This document shows positions 36,704 to 46,060 of a stretch of 64,000 bases of DNA, in pieces. The notes under the pieces are model-generated. The model did no database searches. It had not been told where the DNA came from and worked only from the letters and a program-made list of their open reading frames with translations. Source of the DNA: Candidatus Latescibacterota bacterium. Lineage in GTDB: Bacteria > Latescibacterota > UBA2968 > UBA8231. Position numbers and translations under genes: made by a program. Each line of letters opens with the position of its first letter. The stretch's first letter is position 1. Location: the NCBI GenBank assembly GCA_965242865.1, contig CBDETK010000013.1, forward strand, positions 1,472,001 to 1,536,000, read 5' to 3'.

Positions 36704-39700
36704 ATGGCCAAACTACTCAATGCGTTTTTCTTGCTATTCGCCGCTGCCATGATTGCGGTCGTCGGTCTGGGCGACCCGGATGCCGTCAATCGAGCGGTAA
36801 ACGATTTCTTCGGCTGGGCGCCCAACCCGCCGGTAGAAGCGCGGATGGTGGATCCCGCCGAAGCCGCCCAACTCCGCGCCCTAGCCGCCGGCATTGACGA
36901 GGCGGACATTGCCGCTGAGATCGCGCGCTTTGCGGCCTTTGGCTCGCGGGTGCCGGGGTATGCCGGAGAGCGACAGGCCCGCGACTACGTGCGCCAGCGG
37001 TTTGAGGCCCTGGGGCTGGAGGACGTGCAGACCGAGGCATTTGAGGTGGCCGTGCCGATAGATCGCGGCGGCGAGTTGGTGGTGCAAGGCGGCGACCGCA
37101 AACGGCTCTACTGCTTGTGGCCCAATGGCGTGCGCACACCCTCGCTCGGGCCGGACGGCGTGCGCGGCCCCTTGATCTACGGTGCTCAAGGCGCGCTTGA
37201 ATCGTTGGATGGCCAGCCCGTGCAGGGCAGCGTCGTGCTCTTGGACTTTGCCAGCGGCCAAAATTACCTCCACGCCGCATCGCTGGGGGCCAAGGCCATT
37301 GTGTTCTTTGACAACGGCGGCGTCAACCGCGAGCAGGCCGCCGACAAGTTTCTCAAGGTGCCGGTTGACATCCCGCGGTTTTGGCTTGCGCGGCAAGACG
37401 CACTCGACCTATTGGCGCGCCTGGCGCGCCTACGCGACGGGCCGGTTGCCGTCCGCTTGCAGGCGCGGATGGATTGGGAAGGCGTGGAAGCGCACAACGT
37501 GTATGGCTACCTGCCCGGGTCGCCCCAGATGCTGCCGGCCAAAAGCCGCGAAAAGCCGCAGGCGTGGAGCGACCAAACCATCGTCATCCAAGCCTATTAC
37601 GACGCCATCTCGGTCGTGCCAGCCCTCGCCCCGGGAGCGGAAAACGCGGCCGGGATCGTCGCCCTGCTCCAGCTCGTGGAGCGGCTCAAAGCGCATCGCC
37701 CGCACTACTCGGTGCTCTTTTTGGCGACCTCCGGGCACTTTGAGGGCTTGGCCGGGATCAACGATTTCCTCTACCGGCACAGCCGCCGCAGCGACTACTT
37801 CCGCGAGCGCATGAGCGCGGCCGACCGCATTGACTTTGACTTGATGCTGGCGCTGGACCTGTCGAGCCACGCCGACCGCACGGCCAGCTTTGGGATGGGC
37901 ACCTTCTACAATCCCAAGTGGCGCACGGACAACTACGTCAAGTACATGTTGACGCCCTATTCCAAGCGGCTAAGCCTCGCGGTCGAAGAGACCTTTGGCG
38001 ACACCACGCGCCACTACGAGGGCATTGCCCCGCCCAAGCGCACGTGGAAAAACTTCATGCCCATCCCGCTGGCCTTTGCCAGCGAGGCCGCGGCCTTCGT
38101 CGGCTACAAGGCCCTCGCTCTGGCTACGGCCAACGATGCGCGCGAGCGGATCGACACGCCGCTCGACCGGCCGGAAGCCGTAGATGTAGCCAACCTCACG
38201 CGGCAGATACGGACGCTCGCGGCCATGTTGGCGTGGGCTGGCCGCGACGCCGAGTTGCTCAAGCCGACCAAGTTGGAGCTGGAGGACTACGGCCACAGCT
38301 TGGCCGGCGCGATCTATTGGTTTGACCGCGACGTCAACTTTGCCGTGCCCAAGAAGCCAGTGCCGCAAGCGTTGGTGACCTATCAGCAGCTCGGGCCGAA
38401 TTCGGTCGGCGGGGTCCGCACCTTGATCGCGCAAGAGGCCGACGACGCGGGCCGCTTCCACTTCGACATCATGCGCAACAAGCTGGACAACGCGATCCGC
38501 GCGTACGAACTCGATCCCTACGGGGCGATTATCTCGGCCCCGGACATGGGCCAAGAAGGCGACGAGACGTACCCGACCGTGCATCCGTGGGGTTGGTGGG
38601 AAAACGAGATGCTGCAAGTGCTCTTTGAATGCCGGGCGCTGAGTCTGTTCGAGACCGTTGACTCGCGCTACCTGTCGGTCTTGGACCACGTGACCGTCCT
38701 CAACGAGCGCGACGGCGTGCCCCAATCGTGGGGGGCCGACTTCGTCGAAAAGCAGAGCAATGAGGAGGGCAAAGTGACCCTCGCGGCGGTGGTGTACGCC
38801 CGGCCCGGCACTCGGGTCAAGGCCCTGATGAGCACGAGCTTGTTCGGCGTACGCTACCTGCTGAGCGGCGCGCCGGCCGCATGGGTGGCCGAGCCGGTGC
38901 GCCCGGCCGACGTGGATGAGCCGATCCTAAAACAGGCCCTCGGGCGCGGCTATCTGGTGGATCAAGGCGTGGTCTTGCGCCCCGGGTACGCGGCCGCGCA
39001 AGACTTATGGGTCCTCGACGACGTGCGGATCAAGCAGTTGGCGCGCTACGGGGTGCGCAACGACAAGTTCATGCGCCTGCACGAAGAGGCGCGGCTGGCG
39101 CTGTTGGAGGCCGAAGAGCACCTACAAGCGCGGCGGTACAGCGCGTTCAAGCGGGCCACGCGCAAGGCGTGGGGCCTCGAAGGGCGGGGCTACCCAGACA
39201 TCAAATCGACCGCAGACGATACGGTCTATGGGGTGATCTTCTACTTCGCGCTGCTGCTGCCGTTTTCGTTTTGCTGCGAGCGGCTGTTCTTCGGCTTTGC
39301 CGACATCCGCCGGCAAGTGGCCGGCGCGGCGTTTTTCTTTTTAGCGATTTTCCTCGTCATGCGCTTTATCCACCCGGCCTTTAAGCTGAGTTCGTCGCCG
39401 TACATCATCTTTTTGGCGTTTGTGATCTTCGCGATCGGCGGCACCGCGTTGCTGATGATTCTGGGCCGCTTTACCCGCGCCGTCGCCCAGCGCAAGCGGG
39501 CTGCAGCCGGCGTCCACGAAGCGGACATCGGTCGCCTCAGCGCCACGGCCGCGGCCGCGTCGCTGGGGATTTCCAACCTCCGCAAGCGCAAGTTGCGCAC
39601 CGCGCTGACGGTTATCACCCTGACGCTTTTGACCTTTACCGCCCAAGCCTTCACCTCGGTGCAGAGCTATCTCAAGTTCTATCAGATCCCCCGGCCGAAC

Positions 39701-41332
39701 GCGCCCAGCTACGAGGGGGCCCTGCTGCGCGACCGCGGCTGGAAGGGCTTGCAGCTATCGGTGCTCGACTATGCGGAGAGTGCCTTTGGCGAGCGAGCGC
39801 AGGTGCTGCCGCGGTCGTGGGTGACCTCCAAGGTCATTGGCGAGCGGGCCTATATCGACGTTGAGCACAAGGCAGCGCAAAAAAAGAGCTTTGCGTCGGC
39901 TCTCCTCGGGGTGACCCCGGGCGAAGGCGCGCTGATGGGGTTGGCCGATCTGTTGGTGGGGCCGGCGAGCCGCTGGTTTGCGGCCGGCGAGCGCGACGTG
40001 TGCATCTTGCCGGCCGCCATGGCCGCGATCTTGGGCATCGGCCCGGAGGACGTGGGCACGGCCCACATTGGCCTGATGGGGCGATCCTATCGGGTAATCG
40101 GCTTAATCGACGGCGAGGCCATCGACCGGCTGCGCGACTTGGACAACGAGAGTCCAATGCCGGTGGACACGGTCGCCGAGGCCAAGAAGATGGAGGAAAT
40201 GGCCGGCTTGGACCCGCGCCTGATGGACACGGCCGCGATTGAGACCTTTACCCACCTGCTGGCCAACAACGTGGCGTTCTTGCCGTATCAGCAGGTCGTC
40301 GATTTGGGGGGGACGCTGCGCTCCATTGCCATCGCCGGTTTTGCCGATCGGGCGACCTTGCTCGCCGAGGTGGAGGAGTTCGTGTCGCGGGTGGCCGTGC
40401 CGCTCTTTGTCGGGGCGGGCGACCGCGTGCGGGTGTACACGTCGATGGGCTCGGCGTCCTTGGCCGGGATTGGCAATCTCTTCGTGCCCTTGTTGATCGC
40501 CTCGCTCATTGTGCTCAACACCATGCTCGGCTCGGTGTACGAGCGTTCCGGCGAGATCGGGGTGTATTCGTCGGTGGGGTTGGCCCCGAGCCACATTGCC
40601 GCGCTCTTCATCGCGGAAGCCTTGGTGTTTGCCATTGTCGGCGCGGTGCTGGGCTATTTGGTGGGGCAGACGACGACGCTGCTGCTGGCGCACTACGCGC
40701 TCTTGGGCGGGATGTTTCTCAACTACTCGTCCCTGTCGGCGATTTTTTCGACCTTGATCGTGATGGTGGTGGTGGTGCTTTCGACCCTGTATCCGGCGCG
40801 CAAGGCCGCGGCCATGGCCGTGCCCGACGTGACGCGGCGGTGGGAGTTTCCCCCGCCCGATGGCGACGACTGGCGCTTCGATTTTCCGTTTACGCTGGGC
40901 AAGGGCGATGCCTTGGGATCGTGCGCGTACTTGCACCGGGTCTTCTCGTCTTATGGCGAGGGGTCGGTGGGCGACTTTATGACCGAGGGCGTGGATTTCC
41001 ACTTGGAGCAGGGCGGCGCGCAGCCGGTCTATCTGCTGGAGCTGATGGTGTGGCTCGCGCCCTACGACTTGGGCGTGAGCCAACGGGTGTTTTTACGCAC
41101 CCTGCCGACCGACGACATTCCGGGCATTTACCGCATTGAGATGCACTTGCAGCGCGTAAGCGGCGACGTGGTGAGCTGGCAGCGGCTCAACACCAGCTTC
41201 CTCAACGTGCTACGCAAGCGGTTCTTGGTCTGGCGGACGATTGCGCCCGAGGTGCGGGAGGAATACTTGGCTGCGGGCGAGAAGTTGGCGCGGGGGACGG
41301 GGGTGGAGTCTACAGTCCTGACAGCTCGGTGA
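36704..41332 (+). CDS. Large membrane protein: M28 peptidase-like domain fused to an FtsX/MacB-like permease
   Basis: AYYDAIS...APGAE, SGHFEGLAG; NLRKRKLRT.LT; ERSGEIGVYSSVGLAP.HI..LF.AE; YPA..A. Confidence 0.8.
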   Translation: MAKLLNAFFLLFAAAMIAVVGLGDPDAVNRAVNDFFGWAPNPPVEARMVDPAEAAQLRALAAGIDEADIAAEIARFAAFGSRVPGYAGERQARDYVRQRFEALGLEDVQTEAFEVAVPIDRGGELVVQGGDRKRLYCLWPNGVRTPSLGPDGVRGPLIYGAQGALESLDGQPVQGSVVLLDFASGQNYLHAASLGAKAIVFFDNGGVNREQAADKFLKVPVDIPRFWLARQDALDLLARLARLRDGPVAVRLQARMDWEGVEAHNVYGYLPGSPQMLPAKSREKPQAWSDQTIVIQAYYDAISVVPALAPGAENAAGIVALLQLVERLKAHRPHYSVLFLATSGHFEGLAGINDFLYRHSRRSDYFRERMSAADRIDFDLMLALDLSSHADRTASFGMGTFYNPKWRTDNYVKYMLTPYSKRLSLAVEETFGDTTRHYEGIAPPKRTWKNFMPIPLAFASEAAAFVGYKALALATANDARERIDTPLDRPEAVDVANLTRQIRTLAAMLAWAGRDAELLKPTKLELEDYGHSLAGAIYWFDRDVNFAVPKKPVPQALVTYQQLGPNSVGGVRTLIAQEADDAGRFHFDIMRNKLDNAIRAYELDPYGAIISAPDMGQEGDETYPTVHPWGWWENEMLQVLFECRALSLFETVDSRYLSVLDHVTVLNERDGVPQSWGADFVEKQSNEEGKVTLAAVVYARPGTRVKALMSTSLFGVRYLLSGAPAAWVAEPVRPADVDEPILKQALGRGYLVDQGVVLRPGYAAAQDLWVLDDVRIKQLARYGVRNDKFMRLHEEARLALLEAEEHLQARRYSAFKRATRKAWGLEGRGYPDIKSTADDTVYGVIFYFALLLPFSFCCERLFFGFADIRRQVAGAAFFFLAIFLVMRFIHPAFKLSSSPYIIFLAFVIFAIGGTALLMILGRFTRAVAQRKRAAAGVHEADIGRLSATAAAASLGISNLRKRKLRTALTVITLTLLTFTAQAFTSVQSYLKFYQIPRPNAPSYEGALLRDRGWKGLQLSVLDYAESAFGERAQVLPRSWVTSKVIGERAYIDVEHKAAQKKSFASALLGVTPGEGALMGLADLLVGPASRWFAAGERDVCILPAAMAAILGIGPEDVGTAHIGLMGRSYRVIGLIDGEAIDRLRDLDNESPMPVDTVAEAKKMEEMAGLDPRLMDTAAIETFTHLLANNVAFLPYQQVVDLGGTLRSIAIAGFADRATLLAEVEEFVSRVAVPLFVGAGDRVRVYTSMGSASLAGIGNLFVPLLIASLIVLNTMLGSVYERSGEIGVYSSVGLAPSHIAALFIAEALVFAIVGAVLGYLVGQTTTLLLAHYALLGGMFLNYSSLSAIFSTLIVMVVVVLSTLYPARKAAAMAVPDVTRRWEFPPPDGDDWRFDFPFTLGKGDALGSCAYLHRVFSSYGEGSVGDFMTEGVDFHLEQGGAQPVYLLELMVWLAPYDLGVSQRVFLRTLPTDDIPGIYRIEMHLQRVSGDVVSWQRLNTSFLNVLRKRFLVWRTIAPEVREEYLAAGEKLARGTGVESTVLTAR

Positions 41333-41444
41333 GAACAGTTGCTGAACTGAAATACCTTCCTTACCTTAGCGCAAGTTCGGGCCTCATTCCACGGTAAGGA
41401 ACCGAGTTCCACCTACGAATCCAAAACAGTGAGGGCAAAAGAAA

Positions 41445-42539
41445 ATGATCTCTTCATTTTATTACAATGGTCGGCTATTCGACGAGTGGGAGTTTCAAGA
41501 CACCAAATTGGATGGCGTGAACTTGCTCGTAGGTGCTTCCGGCTCTGGCAAAACCAGATACCTGAATTCGATTTTCAATATTTCGAGTTCTATTGTACAG
41601 GGGCAACCATTTAGATCTGGACATTGGAAGCTGACTGTAAAGACTGACGAATATGAATACTTATGGGAATATGATGGTGGCAAAAACCAAATCCAAAGGG
41701 AAATCGTCGCACGGAAGCGTATAGATTCACAAGAGGAATTTGAGAATCTGATTGATCGAACTCCTGATACCTTTTCTTTTTGTGGTGATAAGCTACCAAG
41801 GCTCCACAGTGATACGTCTGGGATTACCCTTCTTAGAGAGGAGGAAAAAATCACTCCTCTATACGAAACCTTCTCAAAATTACAAATAAGGAATTTCCAT
41901 GATGAGGGTTTAAGAGATGCACTTAGTTTACAGGATGTATCTCAGGAATTGAGCAATTTATCCAATTCAGAAGATGGTATCCTTACCTTATGGAAACAAC
42001 AACTCACGCTAAGTGCCAAAATGTTTCTTCTAAGAGAGATGTTCCCCGAACAGTATAGCTTGGCAGTAGAGACTTTTCAACAAGTGTTTCCTTCAATAAA
42101 AAAATGTGACATGAGTATTCAGTCCCCAGGTCAGGTCCCTATATTTTTTATAAAGGAAGAGAAGATAAACAGAAATATCCCGGTGTTTGAATTCTCATCA
42201 GGAATGCAGAAGGTTTTGTTAATTATAGCCGATATAATTACCTTGCCAAAGGGTTCGATCTACATAATTGATGAATATGAAAATTCCCTTGGCATAAATG
42301 CCATTGATTTTCTCCCGGAATTTTTGGCTGATTATGGTACAGACATTCAATTCCTAATTACGACGCACCATCCCTACCTGATTAATAACATGCCCATGAA
42401 AACATGGAAGATCTTTCACAGGGATGGTTCAAGTGTATCTATCAAAGATGGAAAAGAATTTGAAGAGAGGTACGGTAAGTCAAAACAAAAGGCTTTTATT
42501 CAACTCATAAACGATCCATTCTATACCGGTGTCAACTGA
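41445..42539 (+). CDS. ABC-type (AAA_21-like) ATPase
   Basis: GASGSGKT, SSGMQK signature, IIDEYENSL, TTHHP; low GC. Confidence 0.88.
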   Translation: MISSFYYNGRLFDEWEFQDTKLDGVNLLVGASGSGKTRYLNSIFNISSSIVQGQPFRSGHWKLTVKTDEYEYLWEYDGGKNQIQREIVARKRIDSQEEFENLIDRTPDTFSFCGDKLPRLHSDTSGITLLREEEKITPLYETFSKLQIRNFHDEGLRDALSLQDVSQELSNLSNSEDGILTLWKQQLTLSAKMFLLREMFPEQYSLAVETFQQVFPSIKKCDMSIQSPGQVPIFFIKEEKINRNIPVFEFSSGMQKVLLIIADIITLPKGSIYIIDEYENSLGINAIDFLPEFLADYGTDIQFLITTHHPYLINNMPMKTWKIFHRDGSSVSIKDGKEFEERYGKSKQKAFIQLINDPFYTGVN

Positions 42540-42540
42540 G

Positions 42541-43197
42541 ATGAATGTATATTTAATTGTTGAAGGCGATGGAGAGAAGAAAATATATACGCATTGGGTT
42601 CCGCTGGTTAATCCGAAACTTAGTGTTGTTAATAGCCTAGAGGAAGTTCAACATAATAACGTGATAATTTTTTCTGGAGGGGGATACCCTAATTATTTGG
42701 AGGTTATTGAAGCTGGGGTTGAAGACGTTGTTGGCAACGAACAGTTGGATAGACTCGTAATAGCTATCGATTCAGAGGAAATGTCTTATGAAGAGAAACG
42801 GAGGGAAATCGAACAGGTTGTGAATGCACTTGGGAAGAACCTTGATTACAAAATTATTGTCCAGCATTTTTGTCTTGAAACTTGGGCACTTGGCAACAAG
42901 GTCATAGTTTCAAGAAATCCCAAGGATATTAGGCTCCGGCAATATATAAGCTATTTCGATATTCTGGATAGGGACCCTGAGCTCCTACCTGATTACCCAA
43001 TAGAAAACCTATCCCGTTCTCAGTTTGCAGCACGTTACTTGAAAAAACTGCTTAACGAAAAATACAGATCCCTTACTTATAAAAAGGGAAACCCCAAACC
43101 TCTCTTGCATGATATGTATTTCAAAAGGGTAAAGATGAGATTGGATACAACAGGCCATATTGCAAGTTTTGAGGATTTTCTAGCAGCTTTTGTTTAG
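42541..43197 (+). CDS. TOPRIM-like (RloB/DUF4276/DUF4435-type) partner protein
   Basis: YLIVEGDGE, IAIDSE, CLETW; starts 1 nt after the ATPase stop. Confidence 0.7.
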   Translation: MNVYLIVEGDGEKKIYTHWVPLVNPKLSVVNSLEEVQHNNVIIFSGGGYPNYLEVIEAGVEDVVGNEQLDRLVIAIDSEEMSYEEKRREIEQVVNALGKNLDYKIIVQHFCLETWALGNKVIVSRNPKDIRLRQYISYFDILDRDPELLPDYPIENLSRSQFAARYLKKLLNEKYRSLTYKKGNPKPLLHDMYFKRVKMRLDTTGHIASFEDFLAAFV

Positions 43198-43218
43198 AGC
43201 GGTCTAAAACCGTGGCCA

Positions 43219-46059
43219 TCAGCGTCGGCCCTCCTCTTTCCAAGCGCGAATTTCCTCCTGAGTCACCGGCCGCATCCGTAGCTGGCGTTCACTTGATGTT
43301 TTAAGCGCTCTTCTCCAGATGAATGCGCCGAATGTCGGGGGTTCGTCCGTGAACTCCGACTGGTTGATGCGCGTGTATTTCCAAGGCTTTCCGGTGGTCT
43401 CGCTTACGCGCTTGCACCAGTCCCGCGCTGCGGCATCCTTTTCGACGGTGCCTTCCCAGACGCGGCCCTTGGTTTCGATGATCCAGTTCACTTCGCCGCC
43501 TGCGGTTTCTTGGACAGCCACCCAGTCGGGATAGTAGAAGCCGATGGCACCGCTCGGCTTTAGATAGTCAATGCGGAATGACGTTCCAGAATTACCCTGT
43601 TCCGTCGTTCCGAGTGCCGCAAAGCGCGAGATGTCCTCGGCGCGATCCAAAAACTCGGCGAAACTGCGCTCAAAGTTGTTGTAGGTGGCGACGAAGTTGA
43701 AAATGGTTTTCTTTGCCGCCAATAGCGGCAGATTGCGCCGCCAGCTAAAGGGTTTTGTCTTGGACAAGCGAAAATTCTCGTTTTCAAACTCGACTGGAGC
43801 CTGCTCAACGGTGAACTGCGCGATCTTGCGAGCCATGTATTTGGCAATGCCTTCCTGTAGCTCTGGCCGCGCCAGTTGAGAGCGGATAGCTTCATCGGCC
43901 AGTTCGATTTTTCGCCCAAAACAATGGTTCATCACGTAGCCCTGCACAATCGGGTACATCTCTGCAAAGCAGTTGGTTAGCTTGGCACAATTAGCAGTCT
44001 TGTTGGTGATATCCGCTAGCAGCTTTTGATCGGGCTGTGGTTCCATAGCAATGTCTGCTTGATGTACCTCGGTCTCTGTGGTTGTAAATTCCATCTTCAG
44101 ACGCACTCGGAACGGCTCGGCTAGCTCTTCTTGGTCGAAAATTGCTTCAAGCGAACGCACATCCAAAGAAGACAGCTTGCGGAAATCATGCCTTAGGCTC
44201 GGCTTGGTGATCGGAATAGCGATGTCGTACTGCTGCCGCTCCTGCACAGGCGCGATGATGACCGGCGATGGCGGCTTTTCCTTGGTACTCGCTACACCGA
44301 CGCCCTCGGCTTCGAGTTGCTCGCGTAGGGTTTTGAGCAGGTTGCGGGTGCCAAGGACCTCTAGGGTCTGCGTTTGGTCGGGGCTTACTTGGGTCATCAG
44401 GCGCAGTCCGCGACCGATTACCTGTTCGGGAAGTATTTCGGCTTGTGCGGTGAAGGGACGCAGCCCCAGCACCACTGTCACGTTGCGCACGTCCCATCCC
44501 TCGCGCAGCATCATCACGCTGACAATCGCCTTAATTTTGCTCTCGGCCTTGTCGATGTCCCGCGCCGCTTGCCGCGCCTTTTCGAGGTCTCCTCTCCGAA
44601 CTTCTCCGGTGCTGTCCGTGTGGATGACGAGCACCTCGGACTCTTTGAAGCCGAATTCTGTGGTCTTCCGCAGGTACTCCCCCAAGGCGTCAGCATAGAC
44701 GTTCTTCTCTGCCATGACAAAGAGTACCGGCCTCGTGTTGAGTTGCTTGTACACCTGCCAGTGTTCCTTCCAGCGCTGCACGGCGGCTTGTAGCCAATAG
44801 CCGTATTTCTCGACCGCGTTTTCCTTGGTAATGCCGTCGGGGTCTTCGGTTGGCTGATTCGGATCGGCCTCTTGGGTTACGATGAGCGGGGCCTTGACGA
44901 TTTTATCCTCTACGGCTTGGGCCAACGGATAGTCCACGACGGTCCAAGGGAAGTACATGCCCTTCTGGTCTTTCGGGGTGGCCGAGAAGTCGAGCCAAGC
45001 GGAGAGGCCCTGCGGAAGTGCTTGGTGAATGGCTAGCAGCGATTGGCTCCAAGCTAAGTCCGCGTCGTGGACGTGATGTGCTTCGTCGTTCAGCACGACG
45101 AGGTCCTTGAGCGACTTTATGCGCTCTAGCATAGAACGCTGACCGGATGACGCGGGGTCTTGCGCGGGCTTGCCCAAGAGGGCTTCCACGGCGTTTTCCG
45201 GCGTCCACTCTTCGTCGTGCGATTCGTAGAGTTGGTGGATGTTGGTGAGGAAGAGGTTGCCGGATGGGTCCGGCTCGGTGGCCTCGCCGCGCAGGATCAC
45301 CTTTTGCGCGAAGCGGCCTTTCCACTCTGGAGGGATCAAGGGCAATTCATGGAATATCCGGTTGTTGGCAAAATCCTTTTCTAGCCGCTGATAGACGATT
45401 ATGTTGGGGGCGACGATGAGGAAGTTGGTGGAGAGTTCTGAGCCGGGTACGCGCTGCTTGTGGAAGCGCGACCACACGACCGCCATAGCCATCCCCCAAG
45501 TTTTGCCCGAACCAGTGGCCATCTTGAAGGCGAAGCGGCGCAGGTCTTTGGGTGGCAAGTCTTGTACGCCATCTCGGTCCAGTTCCGGTACGTAGCGGCG
45601 TAGCTGCCGCTGGCCGTCCATCGCGGTCTGAAACTCGACGTTCTTTGAGAGCAGGTCTTTCTGATAGATCGAACCGTGGACCTCAATGAGAGCTTTCGCG
45701 TCGCGTTGCCCGGCGATTTCCACCAGCCAAATTAGGGTTTCTATGGCTTCCCGTTGGCAGAAGTGGTAGCGGAAGGGGGCATCAAATCCGTTGACCGTGT
45801 GGTCCTCCTCGAACCAATACTCAAACAAGCGTCGGGCAACTTCTGAGGCCCCCTCGTAGTCGCTGTCTCGCCAATCATCTACGGCCTTGCGAATTTTCGG
45901 CACCAGCAGGAGTTGGCTTGGGCGACGCTTGGTATCGTCCTCGCGCCAGCCGTTCGGTGCGTCGTCGTCTTTGACTAAGTGGGAAGTGGGTTTTTCCCAC
46001 GGGCGGCGACCTTGAATCTCTGGTAGGTCCTTGTCGTACTGGATGACGGCTTTGGCCAT
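43219..46059 (-). CDS. res: Type III restriction enzyme, Res subunit
   Basis: QREAIET, MATGSGKT, DEAHH, SATP, EGWD, QVIGRGLR, YYPDW...IETKG. Confidence 0.92.
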   Translation of the reverse strand: MAKAVIQYDKDLPEIQGRRPWEKPTSHLVKDDDAPNGWREDDTKRRPSQLLLVPKIRKAVDDWRDSDYEGASEVARRLFEYWFEEDHTVNGFDAPFRYHFCQREAIETLIWLVEIAGQRDAKALIEVHGSIYQKDLLSKNVEFQTAMDGQRQLRRYVPELDRDGVQDLPPKDLRRFAFKMATGSGKTWGMAMAVVWSRFHKQRVPGSELSTNFLIVAPNIIVYQRLEKDFANNRIFHELPLIPPEWKGRFAQKVILRGEATEPDPSGNLFLTNIHQLYESHDEEWTPENAVEALLGKPAQDPASSGQRSMLERIKSLKDLVVLNDEAHHVHDADLAWSQSLLAIHQALPQGLSAWLDFSATPKDQKGMYFPWTVVDYPLAQAVEDKIVKAPLIVTQEADPNQPTEDPDGITKENAVEKYGYWLQAAVQRWKEHWQVYKQLNTRPVLFVMAEKNVYADALGEYLRKTTEFGFKESEVLVIHTDSTGEVRRGDLEKARQAARDIDKAESKIKAIVSVMMLREGWDVRNVTVVLGLRPFTAQAEILPEQVIGRGLRLMTQVSPDQTQTLEVLGTRNLLKTLREQLEAEGVGVASTKEKPPSPVIIAPVQERQQYDIAIPITKPSLRHDFRKLSSLDVRSLEAIFDQEELAEPFRVRLKMEFTTTETEVHQADIAMEPQPDQKLLADITNKTANCAKLTNCFAEMYPIVQGYVMNHCFGRKIELADEAIRSQLARPELQEGIAKYMARKIAQFTVEQAPVEFENENFRLSKTKPFSWRRNLPLLAAKKTIFNFVATYNNFERSFAEFLDRAEDISRFAALGTTEQGNSGTSFRIDYLKPSGAIGFYYPDWVAVQETAGGEVNWIIETKGRVWEGTVEKDAAARDWCKRVSETTGKPWKYTRINQSEFTDEPPTFGAFIWRRALKTSSERQLRMRPVTQEEIRAWKEEGRR

Positions 46060-46060
46060 G

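Noticed and set aside
43194-43212. Solitary IS-like end ttagagcggtctaaaac
   Set aside because: Resembles the 3718 MITE end but is short and has no partner repeat.
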